This document shows positions 1-8,692 of a stretch of DNA of 64,000 nucleotides, in pieces. How positions within the stretch are numbered: position 1 is the first letter of the stretch; every line of letters begins with the position of its first letter. This DNA comes from Chloroflexota bacterium (GTDB lineage Bacteria; Chloroflexota; Limnocylindria; Limnocylindrales; CSP1-4), in contig VBEC01000024.1 in assembly GCA_005883615.1 (NCBI GenBank), positions 1,130 to 65,129 on the forward strand, given 5' to 3'. A model generated the notes under the pieces. That model made no database searches. It saw nothing but the letters and a program-made list of their open reading frames with translations, and had not been told where the DNA came from. A program made the translations under genes and the position numbers.

Positions 1-1676
1 CGCGCAAGGTCTCGCGCCAAGTCGACGATCTTTACGGGCTCGCCCATCTCGAGCACAAAGAGGTCGCCCGGTCCGCCGATGAGCGCAGCTTCCAGGATCA
101 GCCTGGCGGCTTCGGGAATCGTCATGAAGTAGCGGGTCATGTCGGGATGGGTGACCGTGAGCGGCACCCCCTCGGCGAGCTGCCGCTGGAACAACGGGAC
201 AACGCTTCCTGACGAGCCGAGGACGTTGCCGAAGCGGACCGCCACGTACGGTCGTCCGGACCGCCGAGCCGCGTCGGCAACGGCGATCTCGGCCAGGCGC
301 TTGGTCGCGCCCATCACAGACGAAGGTTCCACTGCCTTGTCGGTTGACACGAGCACGAACCGCTCGACTCCGGTCTCGAGAGCGGCGGTGAGCGCCGCAA
401 GGGTCCCGCCCAGGTTTGTATATACCGCGTCGGCCGGATGGGCCTCCATCATCGGAACGTGCTTGTAGGCTGCCGCGTGGAGGACGAGCACCGGCTGATC
501 CTCGCCGAGGACGCGCCGCATGGTGTCCACGCTCGCGACGTTGGCCAGGCGATCGACGAGCTGTGCACGCTTGCGGCCGCCGCGCGAGGCGGTCCCCGAA
601 TCGCGGGCCCCGAGCAGGGCCAGTTCACGTTCGATGTCGTACAGGGGCCCTTCCGCTCGGTCGAGCAGGACGAGCCGCCCGGGGTCGAGTTCGAAGACCT
701 GGCGGGCCAGCTCCGACCCAATCGAACCGCCGGCGCCCGTGACGAGGACCGTGCGCCCCGCGACGAGCTCACGGAGCCCGGTCTCGTCGATCATGATCGG
801 CTCGCGGCGGAGGAGGTCATCGACGCGCACTTCACGGATGGCCGTGGCGTTGGCACGACCAGATACGAGGTCTTCGAGGGCCGGCACGGTGCGCGTCTCC
901 ATGCCGAGTCGAGTGGCGTCCTCGACCGCCCGCCGGATGACCTCGCCGGCTGCGTTTGGCATCGCGATGAGCAGGCGCCTCGCGCCGGTGGCGCGGGCTA
1001 TCTCGGGCAGCTCGTCGATGGTGCCCAGCACCCGCACCCCGCGCAGGATCTGGTTGCGTTTGCTCCTGTCGTCATCGATCAGGCCCACCACCCGCTGCCC
1101 CAGGCCATCGCGAGCGGCACCCATTGTGCGCAGCACGGCGGCGCCAACCTCGCCGGCGCCGTAGACGAGAACCAGGACCGGGGCCGGCCGCGAGATCCCG
1201 CGATCCTTATCGCGTCGTCGGTCGGGGTCGCCCGGCCGCCAGCTGTGCCACTCGGTCGATGCCCGGATCAGGAAGCGAGCTCCGCCGAATCCCGCAAGTG
1301 TCAGCATGCCCTCGAGGATGAAGAAGGACCGTGGGAAGATCCCCACGTCGGTGACGGTGCCGCCCACTCGCAGGGGCACGAGGATCGTGTAGAAGGCGAC
1401 GATCCCCACGAGCGAGCCGAGCGCGACGACCACCGCGATCCGGGCGAGTTCGCCGATGCTCGCGTATGCCCATGCCCTGGAATAGAGCCCGCCGAGGTAA
1501 TTGACCGGCGGTCGAACGACCAGTGGAAAGAGCGCGGCCGGGAAATAGATCAGCGCCTCTTCGCTCAGCCGGAGCGTGTCGAAGCGGAGGGCCATCGCGC
1601 CGAAAATGGCGAGCGCGACGACCAACAGGTCGATCACGAAGAGATGGCGGCCGCGAATCGCCCCGATCCCCAGCAT
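1..1676 (-). CDS. CapD/PglF-like polysaccharide biosynthesis nucleotide-sugar dehydratase (3' end runs off the window)
   Basis: Manual translation from ATG at 1676 gives MLGIGAIRGRHLFVIDLL with N-terminal TMs, then VLVTGAGGSIGSEL, VRFGNVLGSSGSV and FVLEMGEPVKIVDLAR, which are CapD-family motifs. Absent from the ORF track because it has no stop in the window. Confidence 0.92.
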   Translation of the reverse strand, partial: MLGIGAIRGRHLFVIDLLVVALAIFGAMALRFDTLRLSEEALIYFPAALFPLVVRPPVNYLGGLYSRAWAYASIGELARIAVVVALGSLVGIVAFYTILVPLRVGGTVTDVGIFPRSFFILEGMLTLAGFGGARFLIRASTEWHSWRPGDPDRRRDKDRGISRPAPVLVLVYGAGEVGAAVLRTMGAARDGLGQRVVGLIDDDRSKRNQILRGVRVLGTIDELPEIARATGARRLLIAMPNAAGEVIRRAVEDATRLGMETRTVPALEDLVSGRANATAIREVRVDDLLRREPIMIDETGLRELVAGRTVLVTGAGGSIGSELARQVFELDPGRLVLLDRAEGPLYDIERELALLGARDSGTASRGGRKRAQLVDRLANVASVDTMRRVLGEDQPVLVLHAAAYKHVPMMEAHPADAVYTNLGGTLAALTAALETGVERFVLVSTDKAVEPSSVMGATKRLAEIAVADAARRSGRPYVAVRFGNVLGSSGSVVPLFQRQLAEGVPLTVTHPDMTRYFMTIPEAARLILEAALIGGPGDLFVLEMGEPVKIVDLARDLA

Positions 1677-1712
1677 CAGCCGCCCCCGGCGAACGTGTGC
1701 ATCCGGGCGAGT

Positions 1713-2354
1713 CTAGTGCGGTCCGGTGCGCCGGAGCACCTGCCCGATGGTCCTGCCCAGGATCGCCAGGTCGCCCCGCGCGCTCCTGTCCCGCAAATAC
1801 GCGGCATCCATCTCCAGCTTGAGAGGTAGGACGCGCTCGCGGTAGGCACGATCGAGATGCTCGGTGGTCGGGCCATCTGCACCGACCTCGTGCGCTAGGT
1901 CCGCCGCTTCGAGCGCGAGGAGCGCCTCCTCGTCCCGATAGGCCAATGCCGTCGGCCCAGTGATGCCCGGCCGGGCGCGGAACACCAGGGCGTGAACCGG
2001 GTCCGCGGGATCGACGTAGCGGGGATCTTCGGGTCGCGGTCCCACGAGCGCCATGTCGCCCTTCACGACGTTCCAGAGCTGAGGCAGCTCATCGAGCTTC
2101 GTGCGTCGAAGGAACCGACCGAGCTTCGTGATGCGCGGGTCGCCCAACGCAGTGACAGCCGGCCCGGAGACGTTGCCGGGGCGCATGGTTCTGAGCTTGT
2201 ACAACGTGAATGGCCCGTCGGCACCCATCCGTGCCGCGCGGTGCAGCGCTGGGCCTCGAGACGTGAGCCGGACCGCCAGCGCCAGGATTGCGAGGACGGG
2301 TGTCGCCAGCAGCAGGGTGACGCCCGCCAGGAGCCGTTGGGCGGCATACGGCAT
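1713..2354 (-). CDS. Monotopic phosphoglycosyltransferase (bacterial sugar transferase, PglC/WcaJ C-terminal type)
   Basis: YKLRTM, GRFLRRTKLDELPQLWNVVKGDMALVGPRPE motifs. Confidence 0.93.
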   Translation of the reverse strand: MPYAAQRLLAGVTLLLATPVLAILALAVRLTSRGPALHRAARMGADGPFTLYKLRTMRPGNVSGPAVTALGDPRITKLGRFLRRTKLDELPQLWNVVKGDMALVGPRPEDPRYVDPADPVHALVFRARPGITGPTALAYRDEEALLALEAADLAHEVGADGPTTEHLDRAYRERVLPLKLEMDAAYLRDRSARGDLAILGRTIGQVLRRTGPH

Positions 2355-2360
2355 TGCAGT

Positions 2361-3107
2361 TCAGCCCGGCTTCGTCAGCACGGCCCCAAGGTGCGAACGG
2401 AGGAACGGTAGAGCCGTCAGGGCCCGATAGCGTCGGGGACTTGCGGCCAGCGGACTCCGCATCAAGGGCGGCAGGAGGGTCATGGTCTTCGATTCGATCG
2501 CCCAGCCCGGGAACAGCCCGGCCAACACCCGGCGAGTCACCGGTCGTACCGCGCGATTGCGCGGGCTCGGGTAACGCAGGTCGTAGACCACGAGCCGTCC
2601 GCCAGGCCGAAGAACGCGGCCGATTTCCGCGGCAACTCGGCCCCGGAACCAGTCGTCCGGCACAGAGCTGAGTAGCGTCAGCGCAGCCGCGGCATCCACG
2701 ACTTCGTCCGCCAGTTGGATGCGATCCGCGCTACCCAGCAAAAACTCCCCCTGGGGCACCGCTTCGCGAGCCTCTGCTAGCGACGACTCGAGGATATCGA
2801 CGCCAATGTATCGAGCGGGCGAGCAACCAGCGCGGGCCAGGATGATTGCCAGGGCGCCCGAGCCGCAGCCAACGTCCAGCAGCGTCCCGTCGGCGATCGG
2901 GCAAAGTGCCTCACGAAGCCACTTCTCTCGCTCGCGCAGACCGATAACAGATCCCGCCGACCGGTCCAGCCACCGTTCGGCATACCCAGAGGACGCGTAG
3001 CCCGCATAGATCGCCCTCGTCCGTTCGATGATCGCCGACCTTGTCCGCTCGGAGTCCGGGTCTTGCGAGGCCTTGAGAGATGTTGCGTGCTCGTCGAAGG
3101 GACTCAT
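2361..3107 (-). CDS. Class I SAM-dependent methyltransferase
   Basis: LLDVGCGSG motif I, GVDIL, VLRPGGRLVVYD; embedded in glycan operon. Confidence 0.85.
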   Translation of the reverse strand: MSPFDEHATSLKASQDPDSERTRSAIIERTRAIYAGYASSGYAERWLDRSAGSVIGLREREKWLREALCPIADGTLLDVGCGSGALAIILARAGCSPARYIGVDILESSLAEAREAVPQGEFLLGSADRIQLADEVVDAAAALTLLSSVPDDWFRGRVAAEIGRVLRPGGRLVVYDLRYPSPRNRAVRPVTRRVLAGLFPGWAIESKTMTLLPPLMRSPLAASPRRYRALTALPFLRSHLGAVLTKPG

Positions 3108-4129
3108 GTCGGCTCACCGGGAGCGGCAGATCCCGATTGGGGTCGCCGCAGCCAGCCCGAGGACAAGCGAACGAGCCCTTCCCACGTCCCCAGGCCATAT
3201 GCCCCGTGAATGAGCAACATCGCGAACAGAACGCGGAGCGTCGACTCTCCTTCGTGTCGCATTCGCCGAGCGGCAATCGATAGGACCCCGACGTACGAGG
3301 TCGCGGCGGTCAACGTCAGGACCCACAGGCGGCGATCCAGGAAGCCAGCCAGGACGCCGGCAGACAACCCGACGACGAGTGCTGCGGGGGCCAGGTGGCG
3401 CAACCGGATCGCCGAGCGATGCTTACGGAAGACCAGGACCTTGCCCATGGCATACCCACGGTACTGAGCCGCCACGTCGCGCCAGGTGTCGCGCGGCTCG
3501 TAGAGCACCCTCACGGCCGGTTCCAACCAGATCGTTCCGCCCGCCTCGCGGATCCGGTGGCTCAGCTCGTTGTCCTCGTTGCGAATCATTTCTGGATCGA
3601 ACTGGCCCACGGTGTCAAACACCCAACGCGGCCACATGCCGGGAAACACGCCTTCGACGTACATGCCAGTCTGCGCGTAGTTGTACGTCGAATTGCCGAC
3701 GCCGAACGGGCTCGCCGTAGCACGCGCGATTGCTCGCTGCACCGGGTTTCGTCCGGCTCGCTCGATGATCCCGCCGACCGCCCAGGCCCCCGTACGCTCG
3801 AGTGCTTCGACCGCACGTTCCACATATTCGCTGGAAGGCACCGAGTGCCCGCTGATCGCCCCGACGATCGAACCTCGAGTTTGATTGATGCCCACGTTCA
3901 ATCCCGCGGCCGTACTGCGCCCGGGGTTCTCGACGAGCCGGATCCGCGAATCGGCCCGAGCCATCTCGGACACGATCCTACGAGTCGCGTCTCGCGAGCC
4001 CCCATCCGCGACGATGATCTCGAGGCGGTCCTTCGGGTAGGTCTGCTCCTGCAGGGCCGCGAGGCAGGCGGCAATCGTGCCCTCCTCGTTGAGGACCGGG
4101 ACGATGAGCGACACGTAAGGTCGTTCCAC
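3104..4129 (-). CDS. GT2 glycosyltransferase, ExoA-like
   Basis: VSLIVPVLNEE, ADGGSRD, RNEDNELSHRI, C-terminal TMs. Confidence 0.9.
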   Translation of the reverse strand: MERPYVSLIVPVLNEEGTIAACLAALQEQTYPKDRLEIIVADGGSRDATRRIVSEMARADSRIRLVENPGRSTAAGLNVGINQTRGSIVGAISGHSVPSSEYVERAVEALERTGAWAVGGIIERAGRNPVQRAIARATASPFGVGNSTYNYAQTGMYVEGVFPGMWPRWVFDTVGQFDPEMIRNEDNELSHRIREAGGTIWLEPAVRVLYEPRDTWRDVAAQYRGYAMGKVLVFRKHRSAIRLRHLAPAALVVGLSAGVLAGFLDRRLWVLTLTAATSYVGVLSIAARRMRHEGESTLRVLFAMLLIHGAYGLGTWEGLVRLSSGWLRRPQSGSAAPGEPT

Positions 4130-5593
4130 TCAGTCAGCCTGCCCGCGCAGCATCCCGGGGATCGTCCCCTCGAGGGCGAGTCCGCCGAGCGCGAGGATGG
4201 CCAGAAGCGCTCTGAGCCCGATCGACCCGGCGGCCGGACCCGAGGTTGCCGCCAGCGTAATCAGGGAGGCGCCGGCGACCAGCAGCGTCATCCGCCACCA
4301 GGGGAATCCGACCCTCACTCGCCTTCCATTCGCGAGCAGGCGAACGGTGGCGACCGCCGTGAATTGGCCAACAACCACCGACAGCGCCGTCCCCGCGCTG
4401 CCGAGGGCGGGCGCGAGCACCAGGTTTGACAAGAAAGTCACGGCGACGCCGCAGATCGCGGCAATGCCGAGGTCGCGCATGGCGCTGTCCATGGCACTCG
4501 GAAGGCACGCGACAACGTACAGCCCCATTGCGAGGGCTGCGACAAGCATGGCCCCAACTGCGGGCAGTACGGCCGGAAAACGGCCACCGGTCAGGAGCCC
4601 GACGACCTCCGGGGAGACCAGGGCCAGGCCAACGACGCCGGTCGCGACGACCGCGAGGATGCGCTGTCCATCGAGCGCGATGTGCCGCAATGCTGCATCG
4701 CCTCGGCCTAGCGCATAGGCGCGTGGCTGCCAGGCCAGCTGGAACCCCGCGACCATCAGCGCGGCGACAGAGCCGAAGCGCAAGGCCACCGAAAACTCGC
4801 CAGCAGCCACCGCGCCTGCCGTTCGATAGAGGTATGCCCGGTTGACGAAGTCGGCGATGCACGTCGCGGCAATGGCAGGAGCCAGCGGAAGCCCGAGCTG
4901 GAGCAGACGGCGCGCATCGGGTAGCTGTGGGCGGGCGCCGATGCTGTGCCTCAGCGCGAGGGCCGCGACTGCCGCCGTGCCGCCCCAGCTCGCCAGCAGC
5001 GCGACCATCAGCGCGACCGTGTCGGCTCGCCATTGGAGGAGCAATACGATCGCAAGAGCGGCGTTGGCTCCGAGGTAGGCGCCTTCGAGGAGCGCATAGG
5101 CGCCCGCGCGTCCCTGGACTCGCAGAACGGTCAGCGCCAGGGTGTGGAAGACCCCTCCGAACAGGATCAGGCCCACGAGTGCGATCGCCGGTGCGTGGGC
5201 GGACTCGCCAAGGAGCACCTGGCTGATAGGGCCCGACGCGAGGATGAGGATGGCGGCGACCGGGAGTACCACGATCCCCGCAATGGCATACCAGGTTCCG
5301 AACAGGGCCCTGCGGTCCTGGGTGCGTTCATCGAAGGCGAGGCGCGTCGTCGCGACGTCCATGCCGAGGACCAGCGTGCTCACGCCTGCGCCGGCCAGCG
5401 CGCTGATCACGTCGAACCGCCCGAATTCGGAGGGCGTCAGCAGGCGCGTCAGGACCGGCAGCATCAGGAATCCGATGGCCTTGCCGGCCACGGCGCCGAG
5501 CGCGAAGACCAGCGAATCGCGCGTAAGCCGGCCGAAGCCCGGGCGCACACTCAAGACGTCGCCCGGTGCGACCACGCCCAGCGTCTCGGTCAT
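4130..5593 (-). CDS. Wzx-like oligosaccharide flippase
   Basis: About 12-14 TMs; LPVLTRLLTPSEFG motif. Start moved to ATG 5593, which has TAGAGT 7 nt upstream. Confidence 0.85.
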   Translation of the reverse strand: MTETLGVVAPGDVLSVRPGFGRLTRDSLVFALGAVAGKAIGFLMLPVLTRLLTPSEFGRFDVISALAGAGVSTLVLGMDVATTRLAFDERTQDRRALFGTWYAIAGIVVLPVAAILILASGPISQVLLGESAHAPAIALVGLILFGGVFHTLALTVLRVQGRAGAYALLEGAYLGANAALAIVLLLQWRADTVALMVALLASWGGTAAVAALALRHSIGARPQLPDARRLLQLGLPLAPAIAATCIADFVNRAYLYRTAGAVAAGEFSVALRFGSVAALMVAGFQLAWQPRAYALGRGDAALRHIALDGQRILAVVATGVVGLALVSPEVVGLLTGGRFPAVLPAVGAMLVAALAMGLYVVACLPSAMDSAMRDLGIAAICGVAVTFLSNLVLAPALGSAGTALSVVVGQFTAVATVRLLANGRRVRVGFPWWRMTLLVAGASLITLAATSGPAAGSIGLRALLAILALGGLALEGTIPGMLRGQAD

Positions 5594-5705
5594 TCCCGGC
5601 ACTCTACTCGCTGGCCAGCGCTTGACGGCGCCACTCTGAACTCCCATCAGGACAGCGGTACGTTCAGCCTCAATCCTGCCGGCCTGTCCGCCTACACTTC
5701 GGCCA

Positions 5706-6530
5706 ATGACGGACGATCCAGCTGCGCGCTCGCTTTCGATCGTGCTGCCGGCGTTCAACGAAGCCGCCCGACTTGAGCCTGCGCTCGACGAGCTGTTCGG
5801 CTACCTTCGGCGCAGAGATGGCCGCGGACGCGCCGGCCTGCCGGGCCCAGCCAGCCTGCCCGCCGCCATCGAGATCCTGGTCGTCGACGACGGAAGCACG
5901 GACCGAACCGCGGAGCTCGTTCGCGCCCGATCTGAGTTCGGCGTTCACGAGGGTGCGCCGCTACTCAGCTTGCTGTCAGTCGCGCACGTCGGCAAGGGAG
6001 CCGCCGTCCGGGCAGGGATGCTCGCGGCCACCGGGGATCTGATCGTGTTTGCCGACGCGGACATGGCAACGCCCCCCGACCAGATCCCGCTGCTCGTGCA
6101 GGCGCTTGCCAACCACGACCTCGCGCTCGGGAGCCGGATCCAGCCGGACGGGTCGGACATGCGCCGCTCCCAGCCGGGTTACCGGCGGGTCCTCGGCCGC
6201 ATCTTCCATGGCCTTGCCTCGGCGTGGGCGGTAGGACCAGTCGAGGACACGCAGTGCGGTTTCAAGGGATTCACGCGCCCCGCCTCGCGCGACCTTTTCG
6301 CGCGCCAGGAGATCACGAGCATCGTCTTCGATGTCGAGCTCATCTACCTAGCCCGTCGCCGCGGATATCGGATCGCGATCGTCCCGATCCAGTGGAGCGA
6401 CCGGCGAGGATCGCGAATGCGAACGCGGCCGGGACTTGCCATCCGCGTACTGTGGGATCTTTTCCGGATCCCGCTGATTCACCGACGCGTGGGCCGGCTT
6501 GCGCCCGTCGACGAGCGGCCATCTCCCTAG
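5706..6530 (+). CDS. GT2, dolichyl/polyprenyl-phosphate glycosyltransferase family
   Basis: IVLPAFNE, VVDDGSTD, GKGAAVRAG, FADADMATP, DTQCGFK, FDVELI. Confidence 0.92.
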   Translation: MTDDPAARSLSIVLPAFNEAARLEPALDELFGYLRRRDGRGRAGLPGPASLPAAIEILVVDDGSTDRTAELVRARSEFGVHEGAPLLSLLSVAHVGKGAAVRAGMLAATGDLIVFADADMATPPDQIPLLVQALANHDLALGSRIQPDGSDMRRSQPGYRRVLGRIFHGLASAWAVGPVEDTQCGFKGFTRPASRDLFARQEITSIVFDVELIYLARRRGYRIAIVPIQWSDRRGSRMRTRPGLAIRVLWDLFRIPLIHRRVGRLAPVDERPSP

Positions 6531-6551
6531 TCTCGCGGGGAGCCGGCCGCT

Positions 6552-7493
6552 ATGCTCGCCCGACTCTGGTACTCACGGGGGATGCGCCGGGACGTGCCGA
6601 TCCTGTCTCATAAGCCGGTGACTCGATCTCGCGACGAGCTGATCGCTCGGTGGTCCGTGCTGGCCCTCATGGCGGTGGGTCTGGCCTACACCGCGGCCCT
6701 CGTGGCCGGCATTGCCCCGGACAACTTCGATGCCCACTCGTACTGGATGGCGGATCTGGCCGATCCGTACGCCAGGTCGCGGGTGGGCACGGACTACGCC
6801 TATCTCTATTCCCCCGCGTTTGCCCAGGCGATCGAGCCACTGCGCTGGCTGCCGTGGACGATCGCCGGGGCGATCTGGACGATCGGGTTGTTCGGCCTCC
6901 TCGGATGGACGGCCGGGCGACTGGGCCTCGTGCTGCTGCTGTTCCAGCCCGTCGTCGCATCGATTGCGCTCGGGAACGTCGAAATCCCGATCGCCGCGGC
7001 AATCGTCGCGGGTTTCCGTTGGCCGGCGGCGTGGTCGTTCGTCCTGCTCTCAAAGGTCACCCCGGGCATCGGCCTGCTCTGGTTTGCCGTGCGTCGCGAA
7101 TGGCGGTCACTCGCCATCGCACTGGGGGTGACCGCCGCGATCAGCGCCGCGTCATTCGTTCTCGCACCGCACCTCTGGTTCGACTGGTTCGACGTGCTCT
7201 TCAAGAATCGCGATGCGGCTGTTCGGCTTCCGGTCCTGCCCGGGCCCATCTGGTTGCGGGTCCTCATTGCCGCGGCGATCGTGATCTGGGGGGCTCGGAC
7301 AAATCGCCGTTGGGCCGTTCCCGTCGCCGCCGGCATTGCGATGCCGGTTGGCTGGTTCACGTTCACGGTCGTCATCGTCGTGGGAATCGCCGGGCTCCTT
7401 GTACGCGACCCGGAGTGGACCGTGCGCGGGACGATCTTGCGGATCACCTCCTGGATGAGGCGCGGACGGCTGCCCCAGGCGGAAACGACATGA
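6552..7493 (+). CDS. GT87-like (DUF2029) GT-C glycosyltransferase
   Basis: NFDAHSYW, YLYSPAF, LGNVE, LSKVTPGIGLLWF; multi-TM. Start could be 6582. Confidence 0.8.
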   Translation: MLARLWYSRGMRRDVPILSHKPVTRSRDELIARWSVLALMAVGLAYTAALVAGIAPDNFDAHSYWMADLADPYARSRVGTDYAYLYSPAFAQAIEPLRWLPWTIAGAIWTIGLFGLLGWTAGRLGLVLLLFQPVVASIALGNVEIPIAAAIVAGFRWPAAWSFVLLSKVTPGIGLLWFAVRREWRSLAIALGVTAAISAASFVLAPHLWFDWFDVLFKNRDAAVRLPVLPGPIWLRVLIAAAIVIWGARTNRRWAVPVAAGIAMPVGWFTFTVVIVVGIAGLLVRDPEWTVRGTILRITSWMRRGRLPQAETT

Positions 7494-8692
7494 GTGCGCG
7501 CATCCGGCCCGATACGGCACCCCGCGGCGGTTTCCCTTTGATGGGGGGTCGCGCCGCGCGGGTAGGTGCTGCAGCGCGCATCCGAGGAGTCGGGGTGGCG
7601 CTTGCGATCGACCGCCCCCTCGTCACCGCCTTTGTCCTGTCGCGGCTCGTAGTGCTGCTGGCCGCCGTCGCGGCCGAATACCTCCTCGCCCGCAACCCGC
7701 TGCTTACCAGCGGCGACGCTGCTCCACTGCTCAGGAGCCTCACCAGCTGGGACGGGATGTACTACCTCGGCATCGCCCGCGACGGCTACCATGCCGCGGC
7801 CGTCTCGGGCGCCTACCACGACTACGCGTTCGCACCCCTCTACCCGATGCTCGTCCGGGTGCTGTCCGCCCCGTGGCCAGGATTCGCGGGCCTTGTTGCG
7901 GTGGTCGTGTCGAACGTAGCATTCCTGGCCGCGCTCGGCCTCCTCGTTCGCCTGGGCGAGCCCTACCTGGGCCGCCGTCGCGCCCGCCTTGCCGCCATGA
8001 TCCTGGCCTTCTTTCCGTTCGCCGCAGTCTTCTCCATGGCGTACACGGAGAGCCTGTTCCTCGCGCTATCGCTGGCAGCCTTCCTTGCCGCGGAGCGCGG
8101 TAGCCGCGGCTGGGCAGGAGTCTTCCTGGCGCTGGCAACGCTCGCCAGGCTGCAGGGCGTGGTCCTCTTCGTCCCGCTCGGTCTGCTGATACTCGCGAGA
8201 GACGGCTGGCGCCCACACCTCTCGTTAGCGTGGCTGGCCCTGGGTCCCATTGCGGCCGCAGGCTTCCTTGCCTACGCCAATGGCGTGGCGGGCTCCTCGA
8301 CGGCGTTCCTCGATGCCCAGACGGCCTGGGGGCGCGCCGGCATCGGTGGTGCGGCCGAGGCCAGCGGCAGCCTCGCCGCCGGGTTCAACTCGCCCCTCGC
8401 CGTGTACCAGGGCAGCCTATTGCTGACGCTTTGCGGGGCGCTGTTCCTGCTCGTCTACGTACGGCCCGACCGCATCCCCCTGGCGTATGCCCTGGTCCCC
8501 GTCTTGTACATCGGGGCGGAGCTCTCGAGCGGACTGCTCGAGGCCGTTGGCCGAATCACGATGCTCGCTTTCCCCTATGCCTGGATTCTCGCTCGGCGCA
8601 GCAGCGGGTTCCGGCGCTCCTGGAGCCTGCTGTCGGTCGCGCTCCTGGCTCTCGTATCCGCCCTTTATTTCGCCGGCTTCTACGTGCCGTGA
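7490..8692 (+). CDS. GT-C mannosyltransferase, PIG-V/GT76-like
   Basis: SWDGMYYLGIARDGY, AFAPLYP, FSMAYTESLF, ATLARLQG. ATGA overlap with the upstream stop. Confidence 0.85.
   Translation: MSARIRPDTAPRGGFPLMGGRAARVGAAARIRGVGVALAIDRPLVTAFVLSRLVVLLAAVAAEYLLARNPLLTSGDAAPLLRSLTSWDGMYYLGIARDGYHAAAVSGAYHDYAFAPLYPMLVRVLSAPWPGFAGLVAVVVSNVAFLAALGLLVRLGEPYLGRRRARLAAMILAFFPFAAVFSMAYTESLFLALSLAAFLAAERGSRGWAGVFLALATLARLQGVVLFVPLGLLILARDGWRPHLSLAWLALGPIAAAGFLAYANGVAGSSTAFLDAQTAWGRAGIGGAAEASGSLAAGFNSPLAVYQGSLLLTLCGALFLLVYVRPDRIPLAYALVPVLYIGAELSSGLLEAVGRITMLAFPYAWILARRSSGFRRSWSLLSVALLALVSALYFAGFYVP

Noticed and set aside
438-1829. Long plus-strand ORF (463 aa), and similar ones at 3395-4429, 51891-53759, 53964-55319
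   Set aside because: Shadow or alternate-frame ORFs over well-supported genes, with no recognisable motifs; expected at this GC content.
6650-7489. N-terminal extensions of ORF-track calls (6650, 8230, 24159, 24572, 34738, 35616, 50682 starts)
   Set aside because: They overlap the upstream gene in another frame; coupled or leaderless starts downstream fit better.
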